Below are positions 1 to 12,400 of a stretch of 64,000 bases of DNA, one piece after another. The stretch covers positions 3,038,001 to 3,102,000 of the forward strand of contig NC_089431.1 of the NCBI RefSeq assembly GCF_026210795.1, written 5' to 3'. Below the pieces are notes generated by a model, which ran no database searches, had not been told where the DNA came from, and saw nothing but the letters and a program-made list of their open reading frames with translations. The translations under genes were made by a program, and so were the position numbers. Positions within the stretch are counted from its first letter, which is position 1. Every line of letters starts with the position of its first letter. Source of the DNA: Rhizophagus irregularis (taxonomy: Eukaryota).

Positions 1-361
1 GCATTCCATATCCTGAGCCAAGTTTATCTATATATACATATATTAATAAAGTATTTCTTTAAAAATCCATCATTTGTCTTTAATTATACATGCCATTAGG
101 TCTTTTTTCCTTTATCCATTTTTTCAATCCAAAATTTAACATTTCACAAAATAATTGACCAAAAAACATATTAATCATCATCAATTCTCTTCTAGCAACA
201 ATAATACTAACATAACTTATTAAAATAATTAAAGGTGATAAAGTTATATACGCATAAGTATATGAAAGTGGGTCTTTTGGATTAAATTCTACATGTGTTA
301 ATGAAAGTGATGATAGTGATTGTTCTGACAATGGTTCTTCTAAATGATTATGATGCGACAT
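1..361 (-). CDS. CAX4: Dolichyl-diphosphatase (PAP2 family, CAX4/DOLPP1-like), 5' part; runs off the window start
   Basis: Exon 361-94 encodes ..SLSLTHVEF..YITLSP..GQLFCEMLN..LKKWIKEKRPN. A GC-AG intron (93-28) joins it in frame to D-KLGSGYGMP, giving the PAP2 motifs KxxxxxxRP and GYGMP(S). Confidence 0.88.
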
Positions 362-572
362 ATTGACTCAAAAGATAAAGAAAGATTAAGGGAACAGAAT
401 TTGGGCCTTTATATAAATTAATTTGTTGTTGTACAAGTAAATTCATTCACGTGCCAAACTAATCCGTTCATTTTATAAAGTTAATCTTCACGTGATTCAC
501 TTAAAAAATAGCGTCCTTAATATTTATATATCTAAGAAAAAACGTATATATACATCCATCATTTTAATATCA

Positions 573-2003
573 TTATTCTTGACTAAATATCCTATAAGAC
601 CTAATTGTCCTAGAATTATCATTGTCTATATCATCACCTAAATCCGTCGAGCTAAAACTTCTCTTCATACCTTTAACTCGATTTCCCCCAAATCTAACCG
701 CTTCTAGCCTTCTCGATATATCTTCATCGGGTATAAGAGATAAACCCGATGCAGATACAGATACAAAAGATGAAGATTCATGAACTCCTATGTTATTAAT
801 ATTATTTGTAGTATCAGCTTGAGAATTAGACATACTAGAAATTTCTCTGTTGTCTACATTATTGATATTTATCCCATCAACATTAAAAGGATTTAAATTA
901 TGATAAACATTTTCATCGTATGTATAAATCATATGATTTCTTGTGTTAGAGTTACCACTATCATGTGTAGATACTCTAGAGCATGAAACTGGCATGTAAT
1001 TTTCATCAGCAGTTGAGTATGAACTCGTGTCTTCTGATGTACGAAATATTGGTGCAATTGGATATTCTCTTTCTTCACTATTGTCCGTATTTTGATCTAT
1101 TTGATTTGATGCATTTAACGCAGCCTCAATTTCCCTATGTGGTTGATTCCCATATTCCATATGAGACCCAGAAATTTTTCCTTCAATTTTGATATATCTC
1201 TCAATTTCTCCACATAAATAAAACGGTTGAGGTTGGTATACATCTTCTGTATCTAAATCACTAAAATGGGCATTAAATTTACATTTTAACGAATTAATGA
1301 GACATACCACTCTCTCAAAAGATTTTCGATTAATTCTGATATCTACTGGATTATTGATTTCATAACGATCATTTTTAAACCTTGGTATAGTTAACCATGA
1401 TTCAGATACAAATTCATCATCTGATGTAGTTAAATTAATGACTTTTAAATTTTCTGGTGCAAACAAGAATCTAATAGTATCATTCTTACAATTTCGAGGC
1501 CAACATTCTTTCAAATCTTCCGAATTAATTGACCAGTGATTTTCCTCTGATGAAGGATCTTCATTAAGTGGAATCAATACTTCGTTGATTTCAGATGTTT
1601 TATGAGATATATTATTACAAAAGATATTATGTTTTGATTGAATCGAACGCATTCTCCTATAAACTTCAAATATCACCAGGTCTTCTTCAGAAAGACTATC
1701 TGATTCTTCAATTATAATCCGTAATGAACTCACATCCACTGTTGTCCTAGAAAAAATATCTCGAATGCTTGTCGAAAATATAGTATACATTTTTGGACTT
1801 TCCATTTGAAAGCTGTCAAATAATTTGCGATATAAAGTAACCAAAATACTTAAAGCAGGGGTGTTTTTTGTTTTAATAACAAGTCTATCCCGGTGCACAA
1901 CAAAAGTTAACTCGCCATTGCATTTAGACAGTTCTTGCATCAGTTTATAGAAGATAGGCAGCTTATTTTCTGCAACTTTTGCAGAGAAGGTTTGAATAGG
2001 CAT
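573..2003 (-). CDS. Rad9/Ddc1-like 9-1-1 checkpoint clamp subunit (PCNA-like fold plus disordered S/N-rich tail), intronless, divergent
   Basis: Single ORF; first ATG at 2003 (MPIQTF). The N-terminus FYKLMQELSKCNGELTF..DRLVIKTKN..LFDSF resembles the Rad9 pattern LSKxGxEL..LxLRTxN..FFxxY, and a low-complexity tail follows. Confidence 0.6.
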   Translation of the reverse strand: MPIQTFSAKVAENKLPIFYKLMQELSKCNGELTFVVHRDRLVIKTKNTPALSILVTLYRKLFDSFQMESPKMYTIFSTSIRDIFSRTTVDVSSLRIIIEESDSLSEEDLVIFEVYRRMRSIQSKHNIFCNNISHKTSEINEVLIPLNEDPSSEENHWSINSEDLKECWPRNCKNDTIRFLFAPENLKVINLTTSDDEFVSESWLTIPRFKNDRYEINNPVDIRINRKSFERVVCLINSLKCKFNAHFSDLDTEDVYQPQPFYLCGEIERYIKIEGKISGSHMEYGNQPHREIEAALNASNQIDQNTDNSEEREYPIAPIFRTSEDTSSYSTADENYMPVSCSRVSTHDSGNSNTRNHMIYTYDENVYHNLNPFNVDGININNVDNREISSMSNSQADTTNNINNIGVHESSSFVSVSASGLSLIPDEDISRRLEAVRFGGNRVKGMKRSFSSTDLGDDIDNDNSRTIRSYRIFSQE

Positions 2004-3199
2004 ATTTGAAACGCGTAGAAAGTTATAGTTATGTACTAGGGTAACCAAAAACGGGCCAAGTTATTGATATCGAATCAAGAGATTATTCAACTTCCGCGTT
2101 TAGTGAAATATTCAAACATTAATCATGATAATCATGTGATATAACAATAACATATGATATAACACTGATTGATATTTTGTCACATGGCCGTTTCATGAGG
2201 TTGGCCCGAATTTTACTAATTCTGGTGGGATTAAACCAAAGGATTGTTTGTTCTAAAGACAGAATTTGGATCTACATTTTCGGGGAGCACAAGTTATGTA
2301 ATATTATAACAAACAATTGTATTATTTCTTTATTCGTAAATTGTAATATTGCAGAAATTGCATTGTCTTTAAATTTAATTTCCTATTATTCTGGAGATTA
2401 TTTTATTAATACATCGATTTTTATGGAAGTAAAATTAATAAGGTTTTTTCCGTACAAATTTAAACAAATCTAGCTGTAACACCAATATACTATTTTCAAA
2501 GATAAAAATTATGTTATTATAATATTGTTAAGACTTAAGACAATATTAAAAGAATTGATACTTTTTTAAGATTATCTCGTAAAAACCAATAATAATTACA
2601 CATCGTGACAACATGAAACCAATAAAAAGCGAGTAAAGGAGAAAAAGCGAAAAAATAATAAATAGAACAATGTAAATTATAAAATGTGATAATATTATTG
2701 TTCGTGCATACAATGAATTTCTGGCGTTACGTACGTAAATCATTATGGTGAACAAGCTACTTTAGAAAAATAAATAGGGGCGACTAGCTTCAAAGTAACT
2801 TAATCACAATATTACAATATATATTGTTCAATGTTGTTTATTATATATATATATTTACCCAATTATCTCATTATAGAATATCAGCTAAAGATATAATACT
2901 TACCTTAATGTAACCCTATAAAGAATACAAAATGTTCAAAAAAAATATATATATAAACAAATAATACCCTACATACTTGCATATAACTATAATTTTATGA
3001 TTTATATAAAGAGAACATTATTCTGTAACGAATAAATATCTTTCTCTCTAAACTCTCTTTTTTTCAATTTTCTTAATTATTCGTAATACATAATACACAA
3101 ACTGTGCTGACCACGTTTATCTTATAATCTTTGTGCATTTATTTTTCGATTTCAAAAGAAATAAAGAAATTTAACATTACCTTCTTCAAAGAAATAACC

Positions 3200-3650
3200 A
3201 TGATTGTTTCAATCCCAGCAGGTAAATATTTAAAAATATTTGTATCATTTGATCAAATTGAACGAGAAAAAAATCTAATTCTTTAACTTTGTATTAGATT
3301 ACGATCTTTTATATATCGTATATCATTTCCGTCCACTCATACAATTATCATTACTTTTCATTCTCATAACATTCTTCTCATGGTATTTTCGTAAGTATCA
3401 ATCTTTTCTAAAAAATGAGTTTCGTTTCTACGCCACAATGAATTTATTTGAGTTTTCTCCTTCTTTCCTAGAATTGATAATAATGGAAGTTTTGCCAATA
3501 ATTTCTTCGTCGAAACATATCATGATTAAACTAAAAGCACAAACAATACCCCAAAGACAAATCGATTTTATAAATAATCACCCAGATGAAAATATATTTC
3601 GATTTGATAATATTATCAGAAATTTATGGCCGATTTCGTTAGTAACATAA
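3200..3650 (+). CDS. Small orphan single-TM protein, 97 aa, 3 exons
   Basis: Exons 3200-3221, 3298-3390 and 3472-3650 have GT-AG boundaries and splice in frame to MIVSIPADYDLLYIVYHFRPLIQLSLLFILITFFSWYFQLIIMEVLP..LWPISLVT*. Confidence 0.55.
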
Positions 3651-3974
3651 CCATTACTATAAAAACTATTTTATTTTATTAATGTAATACATCATTTTTA
3701 TATATTTTATATATTTTATATTTTTTTTGTATATATTCTTTTTATTTTATTTTTTATTTTTCTCTATTTTTTATTTGAGTATATAATATTATTATAAATA
3801 AGCAAATAAATATGTAAATTAAATGATTAATTTTTTTGATTAAATAAATTTTGATAATTTTTTGATCAAAAAAATTTAAAAAATGGTAAATTTATTTGAA
3901 ATTAGTTAATTTATAAACTCTTGTGAAAGATATTTTATTTTATTTTATTTGAATTTTGAAAAACGGAGCGAAAA

Positions 3975-5687
3975 ATGAATGTTTATCGAAATTTCTTTTT
4001 ATTAACAATCTATTTGGTATTAACCATTAGTCCAACTACTTTAAACGAAAAAACGATCATACATTGTAATTATAAAACCTAAAAAATAATGCCGTTTCTA
4101 CTAACATTGATAACACGATTTCCCAAACTATTTCTTCAATTATTCAAGATGATGATTTATATCAAAGTCATTTATCCTGGATAACATCATCTCAACAAAC
4201 TGGAGATCCGAGGTTATGTTGGTTTGTTTGAACCAAAATTTGTCGATGAGATTTTGAGTAAAAGAAACGATGTTGAATTAATTATTCCGGATAGGGAAGT
4301 ACAAGTTACTTATGATTTACGTGGTGATAATGATAATTTTAGCTGTAGTTTAGAGAAAAAAATTGGTACAAAGAAGCAAGAAAATCCAACATGGGTGAGT
4401 TCCATTTATTTTTTTTTCGTAATTATATAAATTATATAATTCAAATATATTTTTAGAATTTGGGTAAAATTGACCAGCGTAGACTGCCTCATACATGTTT
4501 CTAGCTACAGGAGGCAGTGGGGTGAACATTTATGTAATCGATATGGGAGTACTTTCAATTCCGTTTATCTTTTGATATAATTACAATGTTTTCTATAATT
4601 TTTTTTTTTTTGTAGTGCGAATAAATATTAATCAGAAGGAAGAGCTTCGTGGGGCATAAACGTTCGAAAAAATGCTTCAGATGTCGATGAATACGGGTAT
4701 ATTTGAATATTTGAATATAGTGAATGTATTCTTTTGAATAACTTAGACAATTTTTTTTTTCTTTTTTTTATGTTACGACTTACGTGTACGCAGACATGGA
4801 ACTCATGTTGCTGGAATTGTATGTTAAAAAAAATTTTTTTTTCTATTGATTAATCTTGTTCTCATAAAATTTATTTTTCTACATTTAAAGATTGCCGGTA
4901 ACGCTTATTATAATTTAACAAAAAAAAACCAATAATCTTATTTGTTAGGTGTGATTTAAATTATTAATTAATAAACGTTCATGGAGTTGCCAAGCTTGTT
5001 AGAGTTATTGCTGTTAAAATACTTGGCAAGGAAAGAAGAGGGGCCTGGAGCGATGTATAACAGGGTTGAATTGGGTAGCTCAACAACATAAAGCCGATTC
5101 AAGAAAACGAACAATTGTCAAGTAAAATACTTTAATTGATATTTCTTCTAATGATTAGTATCAAACGTTATTATCAAATTTTTATTATTGTAGTCTCTCG
5201 TTAACGGGAAAATATTTTCCACTAGCAAATGCAGCTATAAGGGCCTTTATTGACCTTGGAATTCATGTGACAGTAGCAGCAGGAAATTATTTTGGAGAAA
5301 ATTCATGTTATTCTTCAATCTTCACCGGCTTCAACACAGGAAGTTATTACTACTGGTGCTACCGGCATTGACGATTTAATTCCGATTTTTAGTAATAGTG
5401 GTCTGTGCGTAGAGACCTATTTGCCTCAGGTAATATATAAATAACTAATATTCGTGTGTGTTATAACTTCAAATTGGTTTGGTATTAATGGAACTAAGAC
5501 AATGTCAGGTACAAGTATGGTTTCGCCACATGTAGCTGGTGTTATAGCTTTAATTATCAGTCAACGAGGTAATATGGCACCCGCCAAAATGAAGGAATTA
5601 CTTAAATCAATGGCAACCTATGGTGCATTAAAAAATGTTGAACTAACAGCTTCTAATATAATTCTATATGTAAATAAATCAATCTAA
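3975..5687 (+). pseudogene. Secreted S8 subtilisin (proteinase K-like) with I9 prodomain, pseudogene
   Basis: Signal-like N-terminus; catalytic motifs VNIYVID(M)G, HGTHVAGI, VAAGN and SGTSMVSPHVAG lie on spliced exons. Frameshifts or in-frame stops occur near 4080, 4490-4505, 5058 and 5310-5325. Confidence 0.85.
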
Positions 5688-6002
5688 TATCATTATATAA
5701 TATATATTAATTTATTTCAAGTTAAAAATTTTTTAAGTAGATTCTCTTAGTAGTAACTTTTAACCAACCAAGAACTTATGCAAATGATCGATTATAACGT
5801 AAAAAGTATCATAAGAAAAACGTATTAACCTTTGAAAAAATGTCCATAGATCCCATGACACAAATGAAAATAGTTCATACCAATAAGGAAACCGCCAAAT
5901 CATCTGTCGTTCGAGTAAATAAGTTAACAATGAATTCTTGCTATTTATTTATATAAATTTATTACGTATTATTATTTATTATATATTTATTATATTTGAA
6001 AG

Positions 6003-6170
6003 CCCTATAAATAAATTTTATACTTAAAAATATATTTAAATAATTTATACTTAAATTATATTTAATTTATACATAATAAATTTGCCCATTTAAGTATATT
6101 TTTATATATTTAATTTATACTAATAAATTTTGCTCATTTCAGCATGTTTTAATAAAAATTTTTTATAGGG
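6003..6170. mobile_element. MITE relic with terminal inverted repeats and 3-bp TSD (CMC/CACTA-like)
   Basis: Left end CCCTATAAATAAATTTT; right end AAAATTTTTTATAGGG; AAG on both flanks (6000-6002, 6171-6173); internal duplicated ~40-nt unit. Confidence 0.7.
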
Positions 6171-6491
6171 AAGTCAGCAAATTTTTTTATAGGAAAGAAA
6201 TTTGATTATGATTCATATTGGCGTGAATTTACATAGTGGTCAATAACTTTTTAAGTTAGACGTGAAAATTAGATCGTATTGATCGTAACAATGCATAAAA
6301 AAATGCATAAATTAAAAAAGCTATTCTATTTTATCACCAAAATTTGTGAAGTACGCCAAAAATCAGATTATCTTATTGTTAAATCTCCCAATACTCGCCT
6401 TTTAATGATGTCATTTTGATTTCATTAAGTGATATATAAAATTCGGTAATAAAAAAATATTTGCATTCATATTGCATTTTCAAACAACACA

Positions 6492-9400
6492 ATGCTCGAG
6501 TCTCTCGTTGCTAACGTGTTGAACCGTTTTCTTGGAGCTTATGTCTCCAATCTTGAAGTTAACCAACTTAATATTGCAATATGGACAGGCATGTCTACAA
6601 ATGTGGTCTTGCATTGAAGGTTGTTAATTTACGTTATATATTTATATTAATTTTTTTAAACGTCTTCCTTTAAAAAAGGTGACGTCGTATTAAGAAATTT
6701 ACAACTAAAGAAAGAAGCTCTTGACAAGTTTAATTTACCTATTGATGTCTTAGAAGGTGTGATTTTTTTGAAAAAATTAATAAAATTTAAATAAATTTAA
6801 GAATTTATCATGAAAATTTTTTAATGTGAAATATTTTAGGATACCTTGGGGAACTAACACTTAATATCCCTTGGTCGAATTTAAAGAATAAACCTGTTAA
6901 AGTTTTCATAAATAATGTTTATCTCTTAGCGGTTCCAAAAGCCGAATCAGAGGTTAAGATCAAAATTTTTGATTTAAAATATTTTAAATTTTGCTATTGA
7001 TAAATTATTGTCGTTAATAGTATGATACTGAAGAAGATGAGAACCGGGCTCAACAAGTTAAACAAGAAAAATTAGCAAATGCTGAATTGTTAAATACTCA
7101 AATAACTGAATCGACAGGTGATTAAATTAACATATATGATTAAAAATTTTATTTAAAGATCTTATAATTGATATAACACTTCTTTTTATATACAAAAGAG
7201 GATGATCAAAAGAATCAATCTTTTATAAATCAGCTCGTTACAAAAGTTGTAGATAACCTTCAGATTTCAATTAACAATATTCACATTCGTTATGAAGATA
7301 AACTGAGTGATCCTGGTGTACGTTTAATATTAAATTTACTTGGATTTTTATTTTTGATTAAACTTTAGATTTGCTATATATTTCTCTCTTTTAGCATCCA
7401 TTTGCCATAGGATTGACTCTATCTGAATTTTCGGCAGTATCCACTGACGGTAATTGGAAGCCTACATTTATTGAAGGAGAGACTAGTACTATTCATAAGG
7501 TAAAAAAATGAATAACTGAAGACTAAATTTTTTTTATGATTACTTAAATTTTCTTCGTGTTTTCATAAGTTAATAACGTTAGGGTCTCTATCCATGTATT
7601 GGAACACGGATTCGAAATCTTTGGCCGGTCACAATAATGAAGCTATCAAAATATTTAACAACCTGGTAATGTTTATTAATTATTGCTGTAATTTTTGTTC
7701 TGAATTGCTCTTATTAAATAATGTTTAACTTTATTATAAAATAATAGATCGCGTCCGAAAAAAATATACCAGAGCATCAATATATACTTAAACCCGTCTC
7801 TGGTACCGGACGTGTAAGTGCTTTTAATAATTCTGGTTTTCATAGTAATAATGATTATTCATTCTCATGATTCGCAATTGTTCTTTTATTTCGCGTTTTA
7901 TAGATTATATTAAATAAAAATTTTGATGTAAATAAACCAAAAACTATCGTGACATTATTATTTGATGAACTTGGATTCGTCTTAGACGATGAACAATATA
8001 GGGATGCTTTATTAATGGTTGACTTATTCCATTTTTATCTACGGCAACAACAAGTAAGATGCATTACGTGTTTAAGTCGTTATTTATTAAAAGGTACATA
8101 ACAAATAACATTCATAATAACATTTATAGTACCGAAAATTTCGACCTCCAAAAGAAATAACTCCTAAACAAGATCCTAAAGCTTGGCTGAGATTTGCGGG
8201 TGAATGTATTCTGTCAGAAATTCGTGAGCGCAATAAGAAATTTACCTGGGAGTATTTTGCTGAACGTCGTGATGATAGGCATTCATACGTTAAATTATAT
8301 AAAGACAAACAACTTGATAAAATAACACCGGAGGTTTGCGATTAAGTTTTAAGTATTATGTAAGATACGTATATTTTTTTACCGATTGTTAAACATAATT
8401 TATAGGATCAAAATGCGTTGAATTCTCTCGAACGGAAACTCAGTTATGAAGATATTCGATTTTACAGATCAATAGCAAAATCACAATTAAGGAAGGAAAA
8501 GGCATTAATTGGTGAGTATATAATATTCTTAAAAATGTTAGAATTGTATACGAAATTCTCTAATTTCATTAAAATTATTATAGCCAGAAAACAAAAAGAA
8601 AACGCATCGCAACAATCATCACAACGTGGTTGGTTAGGTGGTTGGTTGTGGGGTGGATCACAATCTGATGTAAGAAACTGTTTCATTTCATCTTAATCAT
8701 ATTATGTTTACTTTTATTTATTACATTTAATTTCCCTTAGGCAGGTGAAGAAGAATCAATATTAACTGACGAACAGCGACAAGAATTATATCAAGCAATT
8801 GATTATGATGAATCAACTGCGGTGCAAAATGCCGTGGATTTCCCTAAAGAGGTTTTTATATATTTGTAATTTTACCGTAAATTTATTTACTTTATGTTCA
8901 TTCCCTTTTTTTTTAATACTAATTAATAGTGGATAAAACTTTCACTCAAAACAAAACTTAAAACTGGATCTTTTACTCTGAAAAAAGATCCTCATGGTAA
9001 AAAAACCAATATTCTCTGCGTCAAGTTTGATACAGTAACAGCGAATTTCATCCAACGTCCGGAATCATTTCAAGCTGAAAGCGCTTTGGGTAGTTTAACA
9101 GTATTTGATGGGTCTACCGAAGGAACATTATATCCTCAAATAGTTAGAGTAAAAGATTATACTACTGAAGCTTCTCAAAAAGATTTGACGAGGAATAATC
9201 GTGCGAGTGATATTGGATATGATGAATCACAGGATCCATTTTTTCAATTAGTTTTTGAACAAAATCCTTTGGATGGTAGAGCAGATAATGGTGTTTCAAT
9301 GAAAATGAGACATTTGGAGATTATTTATAATGTAAATGCTGTTGAAGCAGTTATTGACTTTTTTAGACCTCCAGAACAGCAATTGGAAACAATTTCAGCT

Positions 9401-12400
9401 TTAATAGTAAGTTTCTAATTGAATGTTTTATTTGTAAAAGTGAATTTTTAAATATATGATTGATATTAAAATTCTTCATCTGGGTATATAGGAAGCTGCA
9501 GGGGATACCTTTGAAGGAATTAAAGCTATCACTAGAGCTGGATTAGAACATGCGTTGGAGGAACATAAGACTATAGACGTAAAAATTGATATGAACGCGC
9601 CAATTTTTATAGTTCCGGAAAGTTGTACTAAATCAGATGCTCAAGTAATAGTATTAGATTCCGGTCATATCAGTGTAGAAAGCAACTTGGTTAGCAAGCA
9701 ACAAATCGCTGAAGTTCAGGCAAAAGCAAGTAAAAGTTATAGCGAGAAAGACTATGAAAAGTTACAGTCTTTGATGTACGATCGTTTCACAGTGCAACTT
9801 TCTTCGACTCAGGTAAAAAAAAAAATTTTTTTTTTTTTACCCAATAAACTTTTTAAATAAGTTGTTAATTTAATTTATTTTTTTATTAGCTCTTAGTTGG
9901 ACAATCTGTTGAGCGCTGCTTAGCTCAGATTCGAGACTCTGAAGCCAATTATGGCCTTCACGTTATTGATCGTATCAATATGCAATTTAATGTTGAAATG
10001 TCAATAATACGGCATGCATCTAATCTTACAAAATTCAGAGTTACAGGACACTTACCTTTACTAAAAGCTAATTTTTCAGATAGAAAATATAAGATCATGA
10101 TGAATATAATTGAAAAAGTTACACCAAAGAGTACGAATGAAAGTACTGAAAGCATCCAATTTCCTTCTGATAAATTTTCGTTTAATGATGTAGTTGAAGA
10201 TGTCTTAAAAGACAAACCAAAGGGGAAGAAAGCTACATTAAGTAAAAATATGGCAAACAAAGCTTTAGCATGGAAACAGAGAGATACTATAGTAGAAAAA
10301 CTTGGTTTAAAAACTTCACAAGATTTAGTAATAGATAGTGCTAGTGAAGGGGAAGAAGAGAATGACGAGTCTCATGAAGATAAACAAGAAGAATTCTTTG
10401 ACGCACAAGATACAGACGTATATTGAAGAATTTTTATTATTAATAATTATATGATGCTATTTTATACTTTATTTTATTTGATTACTAATTGCCTTTTTTT
10501 TATTATTATTATTTTTCAAGGACTCGAATAATGCGAAAGTCAATCAACGAATATTTGAATTTGTTTTTCGCGTGGATAAATTTACGGCTACTTTAAAAAA
10601 AGCAGATCCAGATCCGAATAAACCAGAAGTTGCGTTGGTTGATATGGTCTTGGAACATTTTGGGCTGAATTATGTTCTTCGACCATTCGATATGTCTGCT
10701 GAAGTTGTACTTAGGTCTCTTAGTATTGAGGATAAAATTTCAGTCAACGCTTCAGAATTTAAACATATAGTTTCTTCTGAGGGTTATGGCAATGCTCAGT
10801 CTGAAGATTCTAAAGATCTTGTTCACATTAAATATTTTAAAGTTAATCCAAAATCACCAGAATATATGTCAAAATTCGAAGGAATTGACCAGGGTGTTGA
10901 CATTGAATTGTCTACGATCACTGTTATTATCTCACGTGAAAGTATTTTGACATTATATAGTTTTATATTGGACACTTTCACGTCACCGCCTACATCAACC
11001 CCTACACCAACACCACAAGCCGTTGATGTTCAACCTGGTACAGAATCAGAAGAAGTCCGAACACCACAATCAAAGCCTTCCACTATTAGAGTAAAGGCTA
11101 AACTTAATAGTATAAGGTTTATACTAAATAATGATGGCGTTAGACTTGCAACGGGGTTATTATCACTTGCGGATGTTGCTGTTCATTTAAGACAAAATAC
11201 TATTCGTGTGGGAGCTCGGTTAGGCAATTTCTCACTTTCAGATGATATGGCTAGTGTAGATAGACCTGAATCATTGCGTCAATTGCTTACTATTCAAGGA
11301 GAAGATTTAGCCGTTTTTAAATATGAGACATTTGACGAAAAAATGCCAGGTTTTCCTGGTTATAATTCGTCAGTTTACTTACGAACTGGTTCTGCAAGAT
11401 TAACTTTCCTAGAAGAACCTATTAGATTTTTGCTTGAATTTGGCAGTAAATTTGCTCAAATGAAAGGTCTTTACGATTCTGCTAGGAACGCTGCTGTTCA
11501 ACAAGCGACACAATTACAAGAGAGTGTTTCGAAATTTCATTTCGATATTGTAATTCGAGCTCCAATTATTCTTTTCACTAATGATACTAAGTCAAAGGAC
11601 AATGTAATAGCAAATCTTGGTGTATTTTCTGCTTCAAATCAGTTCATATCTAATGAGTCAGGAAAAGGGGAACTTACTCAGATTAAAGCTGAACTTCAAA
11701 AGATTAGGGTAACCTCAGAGTTTGTTTTACCTGATGGAAAGAACCAAACTTTACAAATAATTGACGATGTTGATATAAATTTCAAAATTTCATACTCTGA
11801 ACATGTTAAAGGTTCAGTTAGACCAGATATGGAGGTTAGAAAGAATTATATTTTTGTATTAATACTGTCTTTTATTATAGAATTTTAATTGTAAATACTT
11901 TTTAATAGATTATTGGAACGATGTCCGATGTTAAGATGTCTTTAACAGAAAAACAATATAAATATTTATTTGATCTATCAAATACTATCCCTCGGGCTTT
12001 TAGTTCTATTGAATCTACAAATGAAAGTACTTCCAATTCCCTAACAAGTCCATCTCAATACTCTAAAGATTCAAGTGCATCAGGAACAAGTTCATCGCAA
12101 AAGGACGAAGAAGTAGTTGAGCCTTGGACAACGATCGATCTTATATTCGATGTGAATCAAATATATTTAGAAATTTTTTCCAGAGATGATTCTCAAACGA
12201 AATCATTATCAGATACAAGTTTATCGAAATTTTGCCTAAATAAAACTAAGGTTAAATACAAGATGTTATCAGATAAGTCTATGGAGGCAGAACTCAGTCT
12301 TCAATCTGCCACTTTGAATGATACTAGAACAAATGTCCAAAATGTATATAGAGAGATATTACCAGCTGTTAACAAAGAAACTGCACAATTTTCTGTTACC

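Noticed and set aside
5825..5942. Exon-like segment on the - strand next to the MITE
   Set aside because: In-frame stop in the most plausible frame, no partner exons and no recognisable motif.
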